Sequence record: SRR20825019_2750
Direction: 5' to 3' (one strand)
DNA: 41,008 nucleotides
Positions 26,997-37,254 of this stretch are shown piece after piece. Both the position numbers and the translations under genes were made by a program. A model generated the notes under the pieces. The model did no database searches, was not told the DNA's origin, and was given only the letters and a program-made list of their open reading frames with translations. Positions within the stretch are counted from its first letter, which is position 1; each line of letters starts with the position of its first letter.

Positions 26997-27732
26997 GCGG
27001 GCTGCGGTCACGTTCTGCGGCCGCGCGCCGCTGATATTCAGTGCCGATCGCAAAATGCTGCGTCAGCAGGCGATCAGCGCTGTCTGCGTCTCTGGCCGCC
27101 ACAGCCGCCAGCAGTTCGCGATGGTGTTCGACCAGATAGGTCTCGATGCCGTCCAGGCTGGTGATCCGCTCGCGGCGCTCCAGGTGTGAGCGCTTGAGCA
27201 GGACGGCTATTGCTGCGTGCAGGCTTGCCAGGGTCGGGGAGTGTGCCGCCGCGATCAGCGCGGCGTGAAAGGCAAAGTCGGCATCGCCGCCGATCTGCGG
27301 GTCTGTGACGGTTTCCTCAACCCGCCGCAGCGCCTCGCCGAGTGCCGCCAGGTCAGTTGAGGTCGCGCGTGCGCAGGCCAGTCTGATGGCCTGCCGCTCG
27401 ATGGCGATGCGCGCTTCCATGACATCCTCGACCACCTCGCCCTGCTGGGCGAGCATCATGGTGAACAGGTCGCCCAGCTCGGCAAAATCTGGGCGCCGGA
27501 CGACGCTGCCATAGCCATGGCGAATTTCGATCACGCCGATGGCGGCCAGCGCGCGCAGCACTTCGCGGATCACCGGCCGGCTGACGCCGAGTCGCGTGGC
27601 CAGTTCTCGCTCAGGCAGCAGACGGTCTCCGGCCTTCATCTGTCCCGAGAGCAATTGTTCGCGCACAAAGGCGAACACCTGGTCGTACCCGGTGGCCTCG
27701 TCGGCGGGCTCTCGCGTCAGTCCTGCTCCCAT
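26986..27732 (-). CDS. FadR/GntR-family transcriptional regulator
   Basis: Motifs GDRLLPERELATRLGVSRPVIRE and DFAFH. Confidence 0.93.
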   Translation of the reverse strand: MGAGLTREPADEATGYDQVFAFVREQLLSGQMKAGDRLLPERELATRLGVSRPVIREVLRALAAIGVIEIRHGYGSVVRRPDFAELGDLFTMMLAQQGEVVEDVMEARIAIERQAIRLACARATSTDLAALGEALRRVEETVTDPQIGGDADFAFHAALIAAAHSPTLASLHAAIAVLLKRSHLERRERITSLDGIETYLVEHHRELLAAVAARDADSADRLLTQHFAIGTEYQRRAAAERDRSPPTS

Positions 27733-27810
27733 CCCCGTCTTTCCCCCGTTGTGCCGCGCGAATTGGCTGGCTTGGCCCGGTCCTGTCAAGCGCGGGATGA
27801 TCTCCAGTCC

Positions 27811-27839
27811 TTGTCAAAGTGGTAATACCACGGTATGAA
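27811..27839 (+). promoter_or_regulatory. Promoter with FadR-type operator in the spacer
   Basis: TTGTCA-N17-TATGAA, with the palindrome GTGGTAATACCAC (27819-27831) inside the spacer. Confidence 0.65.
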
Positions 27840-27858
27840 CTCATTGGAAACGAGGAGG

Positions 27859-28362
27859 ATGACCGTGACGGAGACGCTGTCAGCGAGGGGATTGGAGATA
27901 CCGCGCCGGGCCGCAATCGGCCTGGCCTGTGACCATGCGGGCTTCCCGATGAAGCGGTTCATCCGGGACGTCCTGGCCCAGCATTGCGATGAAGTGATCG
28001 AGATGGGCGCGACCTCGGAAGAGCCGGTGGACTTTCCCGATGTCACCCGTTCGGCCATCGGCCTGATCCAGAGCGGCAAGGTGGAGCGGGTGGTTCTGGT
28101 CTGTGGCACGGGCGCCGGTGCCTGCATTGCAGCCAACAAGATTGCGGGCATTCGGGCCGCAGTTGCCAATGACACCTATGTCGCCCGGCAATGTGTCGAG
28201 CATGACAATGTCAATGTGCTCTGCATTGGCGGCTGGATCATCGGGCCGCAGATCGCGGCCGACGTCACCCGCGCATTTCTAGCCGCAGAGTTCAGCACCG
28301 AACCGCAGTTCCGCCGCCGCGTGGAGAAGCTGGCCGAGATGGATCGCCAGCGCGGCGAATGA
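27859..28362 (+). CDS. RpiB/LacA/LacB-family sugar-phosphate isomerase
   Basis: Motifs CDHAG, CGTGAG..IAANK..GIRAA and HDNVNVLC; RBS GAGGAGG. Confidence 0.92.
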   Translation: MTVTETLSARGLEIPRRAAIGLACDHAGFPMKRFIRDVLAQHCDEVIEMGATSEEPVDFPDVTRSAIGLIQSGKVERVVLVCGTGAGACIAANKIAGIRAAVANDTYVARQCVEHDNVNVLCIGGWIIGPQIAADVTRAFLAAEFSTEPQFRRRVEKLAEMDRQRGE

Positions 28363-28387
28363 GAGATCGTCAACAAGGGAGGCATCA

Positions 28388-29164
28388 ATGGACGCCAATA
28401 AACGTAAGGAAATCCTCGATACGGTCGCCAAGCTCAGGGTGACCGATATCCGCGATGGCATGGACTGGGTCGGGCTGCATCATGTCGGTACGGTCGACCC
28501 GGAAATCCGGCCGCTCTACCGCACCAAGGCGGCGGGTTTTGCCCAAACCTACCGGCACATTCCGACCCAGCAGCGGGTCCCGGAGCTGTCGCCAGAGGAC
28601 TACACCAAGTGGGCCTATGAATATTGGTATCGCCAGCTCTGGAACATGGGAGACTTCAAGGAGCAGGTTGGGGAGGGTGATTTTCTGGTCATTGACACCA
28701 TGGGCCAGAAAACACCGGCCATTGGCTCGATGGACTCCATGGTCTGGGCCGCGAACGGGGTGAAGGGCGTCCTGACCAATGGCGGGGCCCGCGATACCGA
28801 TGAACAGCTCTACCAGAAGGCCATGCCGTGCTGGCACCGCTGGGTGGTGCAGCCCATGTACCAGGGGCGCGTCGAATTCGGGGAGCCCAATTCCACGGTG
28901 GAGATCGGTGGCGCGACGGTTCGCCCGGGCGATCTTGTGGTGGCCGATGGCGATGGTGCCATCGTGGTGCCCCAGGACGTGATTGATGACGTGCTGTACT
29001 ATGCCAAGCAGGAATCCGAGAACGATCGCTACGACCGGGGCATGCTGTTTGAAGCGCTTGGCATTGCGCCTGATGAGTCCACCCAGTCCATGTTCCCCGA
29101 CATGCCGCCGCACCCCTACAAGAAGAACCGAGAGGACTTCATGAAGCGGCTGCGGAAAAAATAG
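28388..29164 (+). CDS. RraA-family / HMG-aldolase-like protein
   Basis: Motifs D.RDGMD, IRPL, GVLTNGGARD and VRPGDLVVADGDGAIVVP. Confidence 0.88.
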   Translation: MDANKRKEILDTVAKLRVTDIRDGMDWVGLHHVGTVDPEIRPLYRTKAAGFAQTYRHIPTQQRVPELSPEDYTKWAYEYWYRQLWNMGDFKEQVGEGDFLVIDTMGQKTPAIGSMDSMVWAANGVKGVLTNGGARDTDEQLYQKAMPCWHRWVVQPMYQGRVEFGEPNSTVEIGGATVRPGDLVVADGDGAIVVPQDVIDDVLYYAKQESENDRYDRGMLFEALGIAPDESTQSMFPDMPPHPYKKNREDFMKRLRKK

Positions 29165-29188
29165 CAGGGATCAGAGAATATGTACTGT

Positions 29189-29213
29189 GGGGCGCTGAAA
29201 GGCGCCCCTTTTT
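29189..29213 (+). terminator. Intrinsic terminator
   Basis: GGGGCGC-TGAAAG-GCGCCCC followed by TTTTT. Confidence 0.8.
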
Positions 29214-29299
29214 CATTGGACCAATGTCTGCCGGCTAAAGCGAAGGCGCCGGCCCATCTGGGCACGGCACCTTCATTCCCTGGGAGGAAAGTCTTCCGC

Positions 29300-31057
29300 T
29301 TAGAGCCGCTGCAGCATCAGGCCCCAGTCCATGGCATCGGGACGGGTCGGCAAGGGCAGCACACCGTTTCGTGGCACCGAGATGGCCTCGCCCAGTTCGT
29401 GCCATTTGCCGTTGCGCGGATCAAAGAAGCGCGGCTGGAACCGGTCACCCGGCTTGACGCCACGCAGCCTTGCTTCCATCGGCGCGTCGGCCTCGAAATA
29501 GAGCATGATCAAGGAGCGGTCCGGCGTGGCTGCACAATAGCTCCACCCCTTATAGGCATAGCCTGGCCCGGTCTTGTTGGGGACCACCATTTCGGTGCAT
29601 GGGGTCAGCTCAAGATAGCGCTGGCCCTCGACAGTGGCGAAGGTCTTGAGGTGCTGAACCTGATTGCCCGATTCCCAGCCGAAACTGTCCCACATCTTGT
29701 GCAGCGATTCCGGCTCAACGTCGGATTGCCAGATGCCCTCGGCCCCATAGATGAACCCGGCCAGCCCGCCTGAGAGGAAGCTGCCGTAAAGGCCGGAGCG
29801 GACATAGATGCGATCGTCCTCGCTGTCGGGCGGCACCCGCAATGGATAGGGCTCGCCGAGCTGGTGCAGGCCGGCATAATAGGGTTCGCCATTGATCGCG
29901 GGCTTGCGCTCGGCCTCGAACATCTCGGTCAGGTACCAATAGGTATAGTGCTCGCGCACATTGCCCGATTGGTGCAGGTCGATCCAACTGTCCGGCCCGA
30001 AATTGACCAGCGTCGAAGGATTGGGGTTGGCCGTCAGCATGGTGCCGAATGGCGGCTTTCCATAGCGCTCGAGCGCCAGGTTGATCGGCACATTGTAGTC
30101 TTCTGCCGGGATCGTCTGTTCGTAATAGTCGTAGTGGATGGGGCTCAGCAGCGTGATATGGGCCCCGTAGCGGGCGATCATGTACTGCACATAACGCGCA
30201 TAGGATTCCGGCCAGTCATGGAATTTCTGCCAGCACTGGCCACTGTCGCGCCGCGAGATCTCGATGAACGGCACCATGCCCTGGTCGTTGAGGTAGTCGA
30301 TCTTGCGATCAAGGGCCTTGAAGTAGTCCGGATTGATGCGGTCCATGTCGGGGAATACGTCCTCGAAGCCCGGCACCTTGCCGGGGAATTCGAAGGGGCG
30401 CCCGCCTTCATTGTGCATGTCCTTGGCTGACTGCGTGCCCGGCTGTTTCCAGGCCGCCCGCACCCAGGTGCCGTCTTCCATTCGCAGACTGTTCGGCCTG
30501 CCGTCATTGGCCCAGGCGGGTTGGGCGGCGATCAGGCCAACGCAATTGAACCCCTGCGCCCGGCGCACGGCCACATAGTCGTTGAGCGTGGACTGGGGAC
30601 CAAGCGTGCCCGAGGTCGCACTTGCATCTGCAAACGGGAAGCGGAAGCTGGGAAGCGACCACCATGTGTCGCCCAGAAGAAAGAACGGAGTGCCATCGGC
30701 ATATTGCAGCCCACGACCGTTCGCGCTCGCCCCGATCATGCCGCGTCGGTTTGGATTGGCATCCAGCTCCGCGGCCGTCCAGCTCTCGGCGACAAACCTG
30801 CCGGATTGCCCCGATAGTCCGGTATCATTGGGGTTGCTGCCACTGGTCCAGCGCCACTCGCCCGGGGCGTTGGCAAGCACGCGGACGACCCACTCGTCCC
30901 CGCCGTTCCAGAACCCGTAAACGCGCCTGGAGAAATCGGGACCCTCAAGGTCCACCCAGACCATTGCGTCGGCATAGGGGTTGTCGAAATTGGTGCTGGC
31001 TCTGAAGGTCAGGTCAATCCTGGTCCAAACCTTGGTGCGGTCATTGGACGTGTTCAC
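29300..31057 (-). CDS. DUF5060/DUF4038 domain protein (putative glycoside hydrolase, apiosidase/GH140-like fold)
   Basis: N-terminal NPY...GFWNGG..W.VR....GEWRW; YADGTPFFLLGDTWW, RRAQGFN, INPDYF..LDRKI, INGEPYY and FFDPRNG; no signal peptide evident. Confidence 0.75.
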   Translation of the reverse strand: MNTSNDRTKVWTRIDLTFRASTNFDNPYADAMVWVDLEGPDFSRRVYGFWNGGDEWVVRVLANAPGEWRWTSGSNPNDTGLSGQSGRFVAESWTAAELDANPNRRGMIGASANGRGLQYADGTPFFLLGDTWWSLPSFRFPFADASATSGTLGPQSTLNDYVAVRRAQGFNCVGLIAAQPAWANDGRPNSLRMEDGTWVRAAWKQPGTQSAKDMHNEGGRPFEFPGKVPGFEDVFPDMDRINPDYFKALDRKIDYLNDQGMVPFIEISRRDSGQCWQKFHDWPESYARYVQYMIARYGAHITLLSPIHYDYYEQTIPAEDYNVPINLALERYGKPPFGTMLTANPNPSTLVNFGPDSWIDLHQSGNVREHYTYWYLTEMFEAERKPAINGEPYYAGLHQLGEPYPLRVPPDSEDDRIYVRSGLYGSFLSGGLAGFIYGAEGIWQSDVEPESLHKMWDSFGWESGNQVQHLKTFATVEGQRYLELTPCTEMVVPNKTGPGYAYKGWSYCAATPDRSLIMLYFEADAPMEARLRGVKPGDRFQPRFFDPRNGKWHELGEAISVPRNGVLPLPTRPDAMDWGLMLQRL

Positions 31058-31075
31058 AGCTATCCTCCCGCCGCC

Positions 31076-31864
31076 TCAGCGGCCCTGCCATTCAGGCTTG
31101 GTTTTGTTGACAAATGCCTCGACGCCGCGCCTAAAATCTTCGCTGCCATAGGTGAGGCCGATGAGGTCGTCCGCGGGGTCGATGTCGCGGGCCAGCACGC
31201 GGCCGATGGCGGCCTTGCTGACGCGCAAGGTAATGGGGGCATTTTCAAGCAGGCGCTCGACCACTTCCTGCGCTGCCTGGTCGATTTCGTCAGGCTCTAC
31301 CAGACGGGCGAGAAATCCTGCCGCCATTGCCTCGTCCGCCGCGATGAACTCGGCCAGCAGGAGCATCCGTTTGGCCCGTGCTTCCCCGAAGCCACCGACG
31401 ACGCGGGCATAAGTCTGCATGGATACGCAGTTTCCGATGGTGCGGGCGATCGGGCTGCCGAACTTGGCTCGCCTGCTGGCGATACGGATATCGCAGCAGG
31501 CGGCAATATTGAGTCCGCCGCCTACCGCCCAGCCATCCACGATGGCCACGGTCGGCACCGGTACCGCCAGGATGCGCTGGAAATAGCGGTTCATCTTGGC
31601 TTCATAGGCAATGCCGTCCTCGGCACCTCTAAATTCCCTGAACTGGGAAATATCGGAGCCGGCGACAAAGGCTTTTCCGCCGGCACCGCGCAGCGTCACC
31701 ACCCGAAGCTCGCTATCCTGGCTTAAGGCAGCGAGAATGGCATCGAGTTCTTCATACATGGCCCAGGTAAAAGCGTTATGCGCATTGGGCCGGTCAAAAA
31801 CTATCCGTGCGACGGCGCCATCCCGATCAAGACGCACACGCCCCTGGTCAGCTGGCTCCGTCAT
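31076..31864 (-). CDS. Enoyl-CoA hydratase/isomerase family protein
   Basis: Motifs AFVAGSDI, GWAVGGG, ACCDIRIA and SEDFRRGVEAF. Confidence 0.92.
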   Translation of the reverse strand: MTEPADQGRVRLDRDGAVARIVFDRPNAHNAFTWAMYEELDAILAALSQDSELRVVTLRGAGGKAFVAGSDISQFREFRGAEDGIAYEAKMNRYFQRILAVPVPTVAIVDGWAVGGGLNIAACCDIRIASRRAKFGSPIARTIGNCVSMQTYARVVGGFGEARAKRMLLLAEFIAADEAMAAGFLARLVEPDEIDQAAQEVVERLLENAPITLRVSKAAIGRVLARDIDPADDLIGLTYGSEDFRRGVEAFVNKTKPEWQGR

Positions 31865-33087
31865 ACCGGAACCGTTTTGCGGTTCTGCGCATCGATCAGG
31901 TCAAGTTCGGCGAGAATTTCGTCATTGTGCTGACCAAGCAGTGGTGGCGGACGGCGGACCGCGGCGGGGGTATGGGACAGCTTCGCCGGAAACCCCAATG
32001 CCTTGAAGCTCCCCTCTACTGGGTGCTCGATATCGATCACGGCCTTGCGGTGATGGACATGTTCATTATCGAGCGCCACACTGTAGTCGTTGATCGGTCC
32101 GGCAGGAACGCCGGCGTCCAGGAACAGTTCGACCCACTCCCCGGCCGGGCGGGTGAGGAAAGTCGGACGCAGTTCGTCCGCCAACTCGTCGCGCCGCTGT
32201 ACGCGGTCGATATTGTTGGCGTAGCGCGGGTCATCCTTCAATTCGGGACGACCAATTGCATCGCAGAAGATCAGCCAGAGCTTCTGATTGGCTGCGCCGA
32301 CCACGAAGTAGCCATCCGATCCGGCAAAGGCCTGATAGGGGGCACTCATGCGATTGGCCGTGCCCAGTGGTCCGGGCGATTTGCCTGTGGCCCAATATTC
32401 GGTGCTCTCCCAAACGGATAGCGCAAGAGCCGCGTCGAGCAGCGAGGTGTCGATATACTGGCCCTTGCCGGTGCGCTCGCGCCCAATCACGGCAGAAAGA
32501 ATGCCGTAGCAGGCGAACATCCCGGCGCCGAGGTCGCCCACGGGGATGCCCGATTTGACGGGTTCTGCGCCTGGAATACCGGTGCCGCTGATGACACCCC
32601 CCATGGCCTGGGCAATCAGATCGAAGCCGGGGCGCTGTGACCACGGCCCAGTCTGGCCAAAGCCCGAGATGCTGGCGTAGATCAGCCGAGGATTGATCCG
32701 CGACAGGGTCTCGAAGTCGGCGCCGAGCTTCTTGCTGACCCCCGGACGGCTGTTCTCGACCAGGATGTCTGCGGTTTCGACCAGCTTGTGCAATATGCGC
32801 TGGCCTTCCGGCGTCTTGAGATCAAGCGTAATGCTGCGCTTATTGCGATTGAGGGCTAGAAACCCCGGGCTGTCTTCGCCCTTCATGCGAAAACCCATCG
32901 ATTTTCTGGTCTGGTCACCAGTCCCGGGAGGCTCCACCTTGATGACGTCCGCGCCCATGTCGCCCAGCAACATGCAGCAGAACGGTCCCGCCATGACCTG
33001 GCTGAGATCGAGCACGCGCAAGCCGGTCAAAGGCGGCAGGTTATCAGGCGCTCCAGCTTGGCTGGTATTGGCAGCGCGTTCGGACAT
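31861..33087 (-). CDS. Family III CoA-transferase (CaiB/BaiF)
   Basis: Motifs GLRVLDLSQVMAGP, GADVIKVE, NRNKRS, ENSRPG, SISGFGQTGP and GD (catalytic Asp). Confidence 0.94.
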   Translation of the reverse strand: MSERAANTSQAGAPDNLPPLTGLRVLDLSQVMAGPFCCMLLGDMGADVIKVEPPGTGDQTRKSMGFRMKGEDSPGFLALNRNKRSITLDLKTPEGQRILHKLVETADILVENSRPGVSKKLGADFETLSRINPRLIYASISGFGQTGPWSQRPGFDLIAQAMGGVISGTGIPGAEPVKSGIPVGDLGAGMFACYGILSAVIGRERTGKGQYIDTSLLDAALALSVWESTEYWATGKSPGPLGTANRMSAPYQAFAGSDGYFVVGAANQKLWLIFCDAIGRPELKDDPRYANNIDRVQRRDELADELRPTFLTRPAGEWVELFLDAGVPAGPINDYSVALDNEHVHHRKAVIDIEHPVEGSFKALGFPAKLSHTPAAVRRPPPLLGQHNDEILAELDLIDAQNRKTVPV

Positions 33088-33139
33088 CGGCTCCTCCCAA
33101 GTGCAGAAAGGCGGCGCCGAGCCCCTTCCCGTTATCTAT

Positions 33140-33153
33140 TCTTGTATACAAGA
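33140..33153. promoter_or_regulatory. GntR operator (perfect palindrome)
   Basis: TCTTGTATACAAGA between the divergent CoA-transferase and GntR genes. Confidence 0.75.
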
Positions 33154-33226
33154 CTGGCGTTAGCTGAAAATCAAGGGTGGAAATCCGCGATCTTGCTTTT
33201 TTTGTGAAAGCTGCATACGAGCAAGC

Positions 33227-33931
33227 ATGGATAAAACTGCAGAAAACGGCCCCTGGGCGGAGGAATCCGGTGATACCACGGGGCGGAAAAAGGGACAGTT
33301 GCATGCAGAAGCCGCCGGCAAACTGCGGAGCATGATCCTGTCTGGCGAGCTGCCGCCGGGTGAGCGGCTGCGAGAAATGCAGCTGTGTGAACAACTTGGT
33401 GTATCGCGCACGCCGGTCCGCGAGGCGCTGCGGACATTGGCGGCCGAAGGGCTGGTTGATCTTTTGCCCAACCGCAGTGTCGTGGTGTCCGAGTTGCACG
33501 CGCCGGATCTCGAGCATCTTTTCGTTGTGTTTGGCGCCATTGAAGGCATTGCCGCAGAGCTGGCCTGCCAGAAAATTACTGAAGCCGAGATTGGCGAGAT
33601 CGGCCGTTTGCTGGCAGAAATGATCGATTTCCACGCCCGCAAGGAGCGGGCGCCCTATATGCAGATTAACCAGAAAATCCACCAAAGAACGGTGGAAATT
33701 GCTGCAAATCCAGTGCTTTACACGGTGTGGCAGTCCCTTGTGCCAAGGGTCGAACGCGCGCGTGCCTTGGCAAATCTGGACACCGGGCGCTGGACTGGTG
33801 CCTTGTTCGAGCACACCAAGATGTTCACGGCACTGGCGTCCAGGGACGGCCAATTGCTGGCGAAATTGACCAGGGAGCACTTCCTGAACAGCCTGCCATT
33901 CCTGCAGTCCCGCCTGGAAAATGACGACTAG
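33227..33931 (+). CDS. GntR-family transcriptional regulator (FCD)
   Basis: Motifs GELPPGERLRE..LCEQLGVSRTPVREAL, NQKIH and EH. Confidence 0.93.
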   Translation: MDKTAENGPWAEESGDTTGRKKGQLHAEAAGKLRSMILSGELPPGERLREMQLCEQLGVSRTPVREALRTLAAEGLVDLLPNRSVVVSELHAPDLEHLFVVFGAIEGIAAELACQKITEAEIGEIGRLLAEMIDFHARKERAPYMQINQKIHQRTVEIAANPVLYTVWQSLVPRVERARALANLDTGRWTGALFEHTKMFTALASRDGQLLAKLTREHFLNSLPFLQSRLENDD

Positions 33932-34014
33932 AGTCGTGGCGTAACGTCCAGCCAGTTTCCGTGCGTGGCGCCGGGCCGAATTCCTTTTCGCCGAAAATTA
34001 TGCGCTGAAAAGCG

Positions 34015-34044
34015 TTGACTCGCTGAAACCTTGCATACAAGAAT
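34015..34044 (+). promoter_or_regulatory. Promoter with overlapping GntR box
   Basis: TTGACT-N18-AAGAAT, with TTGCATACAA at 34031-34040. Confidence 0.7.
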
Positions 34045-34123
34045 GGCGTGTGGATCGGGGGGAGCCCATCCAAATCACTTCATTCAAAGGGTGGCGCCAA
34101 GCATGCGCCAGCAAGGATTCGTC

Positions 34124-34897
34124 ATGTCTTACGAGCCCAAGGATGCCGACGGCAAAGCCGTGGATCCCTATCATATCCGCAAGTTTTTTGAGCCCTTGCG
34201 CGTCGTCGATGTTGCGGACGCCATGGATGGCCTTGGCTACTTCAATATCGGTCTGGTGTCCCAGGAAATTCGCCCGCTCTGGCTGGGCATGAAATTCTGG
34301 GGGCCTGCGGTCACCCAGCGCTGCGTGCCGGCCAACAAGCCGATGTGGCCGCTCGAAACCACCGAAGAAATCGTTGGAGCCCATGGCATCTGGTTCAAGA
34401 AGCACGGACACAATGGTCGTGGTCTCAATGACCTGGTGAAGACTGGCAGCGTTGTTGTCACCGATGTGGGCAGCTCGGGCGAGGTCGGCTTTTTCGGGTC
34501 CGAGAATGTCCTGGCCCTGCAGGCCGCCGGCGCGGTGGGCATCGTTACCAATGGCCATTGCCGCGATACCGGCGAAGTCGCCATGCAGAAGACGCCCATG
34601 GTCTGCCGGGAGCGTGGCCGGACCATCATCCCCGGGCGCATCGAGGTTGTCGAACTCAATACCACGATTGGTATCGGTGGCGCGCAGGTGCGTCCTGGTG
34701 ACATTGTGGGTTGCGACGATGATGGTTTGATCGTCGTGCCGATCGAGATTGCCAAGCAGGTCGCCCTGCATGCCAAAGCGGTGCTGATCGCTGACATGAA
34801 CGCCCGGCGCAAGAGATACGACGCTCTTGGGCGTACCCATGACGAGAGCGTCGATACAGATGCCATCGATCGTTTCTATGCTGAGCTTCAGGCCTAG
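34124..34897 (+). CDS. RraA-family / HMG-aldolase-like protein (second copy)
   Basis: Motifs DVADAMD, IRPLW, GIVTNGHCRD and VRPGDIVGCDDDGLIVVP. Confidence 0.88.
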   Translation: MSYEPKDADGKAVDPYHIRKFFEPLRVVDVADAMDGLGYFNIGLVSQEIRPLWLGMKFWGPAVTQRCVPANKPMWPLETTEEIVGAHGIWFKKHGHNGRGLNDLVKTGSVVVTDVGSSGEVGFFGSENVLALQAAGAVGIVTNGHCRDTGEVAMQKTPMVCRERGRTIIPGRIEVVELNTTIGIGGAQVRPGDIVGCDDDGLIVVPIEIAKQVALHAKAVLIADMNARRKRYDALGRTHDESVDTDAIDRFYAELQA

Positions 34898-34947
34898 CCA
34901 TGTCGATGTCGGGAGCCGGATTTCCGGCTCCCGCAAGGGAGGGGAAT

Positions 34948-35859
34948 GTGCGGGTTATCGATGCACACCAGCATTTCTGGGATCTGGACGCAAACTATCT
35001 GCCCTGGCTCGCCGATAAGCCGGTGAGCTTTCGCTACGGCAATTACGAAGCGCTCAAGCGCAACTATCTGCCTGCCGACTATCGGCGCGATGCCAAAGCG
35101 TTCGAATTGGCCGGAAGCGTCTTCATCGAAACCGAATGGAACCCGGCTGACCCGCTGGGCGAGGTCGCTTGGGTCGAGGCGCTTCGCAAGAAGGAGGGGC
35201 TACCGAGCGTGATGGTGGCACAGGCCTGGCTGGACCGGGATGACGCCGCGGCCGTGCTGGAGGCACATGGCCGCGCCGGATTTGTTCGGGGAATCCGGCA
35301 CAAGCCGAAAGCGGCCCCGCGCCCTGAAGACGTTGAAACTGGTGCGCCTGGCAGCATGGGCGACCCGGCCTTCCGGCGGGGCTTTGCCATGCTGAAACCC
35401 AATGGCTTGAGCTTTGATCTGCAAACGCCCTGGTGGCATCTGGCCGAGGCAGCCGATCTGGCGGCGGCCTATCCGGACACCCAGGTCATCATCAATCATA
35501 CCGGCCTGCCGTCCGACCGCAGTGCTGAAGGGCTCGAAGCCTGGCGCGGCGCCCTGAAGCGCGTCGCCGAGTGTCCCAATATTGCGATCAAGATTTCGGG
35601 CCTGGGACAGAAAGGCCGCCCTTGGACCGTTGAGGCGAATGGCCCCATCGTTCGCGACACGATCGAGATATTCGGCGTGGAGCGCTGCATGTTCGCATCC
35701 AACTTTCCGGTCGACAGCCTGGTTTCCGATTTCGATACCATCTTCAATGGGTTCATGGCCTGCGTGAGCGACTTGTCCGAAAAGGACCAGCAGTCGCTGT
35801 TCCACGACAACGCAGCCCGCATCTATCGCATCGAAATTCCGGAAGGAGTGGCGCCGTGA
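34948..35859 (+). CDS. Amidohydrolase-2 family protein (sugar-acid lactonase-like)
   Basis: Motifs IDAHQHFW, GIRH, INHTG.P, KISGL and FASNFPVD; GTG 34948 follows GGGAGG. Confidence 0.88.
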   Translation: MRVIDAHQHFWDLDANYLPWLADKPVSFRYGNYEALKRNYLPADYRRDAKAFELAGSVFIETEWNPADPLGEVAWVEALRKKEGLPSVMVAQAWLDRDDAAAVLEAHGRAGFVRGIRHKPKAAPRPEDVETGAPGSMGDPAFRRGFAMLKPNGLSFDLQTPWWHLAEAADLAAAYPDTQVIINHTGLPSDRSAEGLEAWRGALKRVAECPNIAIKISGLGQKGRPWTVEANGPIVRDTIEIFGVERCMFASNFPVDSLVSDFDTIFNGFMACVSDLSEKDQQSLFHDNAARIYRIEIPEGVAP

Positions 35860-36758
35860 CCGGACTTGCCTTCGATACCTCGACCCGCCTTGGCCTTGTC
35901 GGTCTGGGCATCATGGGGGCGCCCATCGCGCAACGGCTGCGGGAGCAGGGCTATGACCTGACGGTCTGGAACCTGGAGCCGGAGCGCTTCGACACCGTCA
36001 GGGACAGTGGTGCCAATTGGGCGTCGAGCCCGGCCGAAGTCTGGAAACACTCTGACGTGGTGTTTGTCTGCGTTCTGGGCGACGCGGCCATTGAAAGCGT
36101 CTGTTTCGGCGCCAGTGGTTTTGCCGAGGCCGGACGAGGGGCGCGCATGCTGGTCGATCTTTCGACCACGTCTCCGGAGGCAACGGTGAAGCTGGCAGGC
36201 CGTCTTAAGGAAGAGCTGGACGCGCAATGGGTCGATGCGCCCATGTCTGGCGGACCCGCCCCAGCACGCCAGGGGGAACTTACAGTCATGGCCGGGGGCG
36301 AGCCGTCGGCATTCGAGGCCGTGGAGCCGTTGCTGCGCGCCATTGCACAGAATGTCACGCTGATGGGGCCGCTCGGCGCGGGGCAGAAGACCAAAATTCT
36401 CAACCAGGCGATCGTGGGTGCGAACTACATTCTGATGGCAGAGATTCTCGCCAGTTGCAGGGCCGCCGGCATCGATCCGGATCTCCTGCCTGTCTGCCTC
36501 AAGGGCGGGCTCGCGGACAGCGCTATCCTGCAGCGCATCTATACGCAGATGAGCGCGGAGGATTTCGATCCACCGCGCAGTTATGTGCGCCAGGTGAATA
36601 AGGATCTGAAATCGGTTGAGCACTTTGTGCACGATCTGGGGCTTGAATTGCCTCTGCTCGATGTCGCCGTGCGGCAATATCGCCTCTACGCCGAGGCCGG
36701 TAACGAAATGGAGGACGGCGCTTCGGTGTCGCGTCTCTACGCAAAGACCAAAGAATAG
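35856..36758 (+). CDS. Beta-hydroxyacid dehydrogenase (3-hydroxyisobutyrate/tartronate-semialdehyde reductase family)
   Basis: Motifs GLVGLGIMG, DAPMSGG, KILNQ and KDL. Confidence 0.9.
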   Translation: MTGLAFDTSTRLGLVGLGIMGAPIAQRLREQGYDLTVWNLEPERFDTVRDSGANWASSPAEVWKHSDVVFVCVLGDAAIESVCFGASGFAEAGRGARMLVDLSTTSPEATVKLAGRLKEELDAQWVDAPMSGGPAPARQGELTVMAGGEPSAFEAVEPLLRAIAQNVTLMGPLGAGQKTKILNQAIVGANYILMAEILASCRAAGIDPDLLPVCLKGGLADSAILQRIYTQMSAEDFDPPRSYVRQVNKDLKSVEHFVHDLGLELPLLDVAVRQYRLYAEAGNEMEDGASVSRLYAKTKE

Positions 36759-36772
36759 CGGGGGAGGGTGCG

Positions 36773-37069
36773 TTGCTGTTCATCGTCAGTGGCCGCGACA
36801 AGAGGAACGGCATTGCCGGGCGGCTGGAATATCGTTCGCAGCACCGCGCCTACTATGCCGGGCTGGACGAAGATCTCATCCTTGCTGGTCCCTATCTCGA
36901 TGGCGAGGGGGAGCCGATCGGCAGCATGATCGTGATGCGTGCGGTATCGCAGGAGGCCGCCGAGATGTTCGCCTTTGCTGACCCCTATTGGACCCATGGT
37001 GTCTTTGAAAGCCTGACCGTGTCCCGATGGGACTGGTTCATGAAGCGGCCCGACGGTTTGCCTGGCTAG
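36773..37069 (+). CDS. YciI-family protein
   Basis: Motifs R..H, LAGP, GSMIV and DPY...GVF. Confidence 0.85.
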   Translation: MLFIVSGRDKRNGIAGRLEYRSQHRAYYAGLDEDLILAGPYLDGEGEPIGSMIVMRAVSQEAAEMFAFADPYWTHGVFESLTVSRWDWFMKRPDGLPG

Positions 37070-37254
37070 TTGCATACAATAGTTCCTTATTGGGCCCAAA
37101 CGAAGGGTGCGCTCATCTCCTGCGCTGGTGAGTCCAAAGCGTGCAGATTGGTATGGTTTGATCGATTTTTAGGGCCTGATCGCCGAGGCGCGCAGGGCTT
37201 TTGGGGTGGGCGCCGACCAAAAAGGTGCGGAAGCAAATTAATGACTCATTATCG

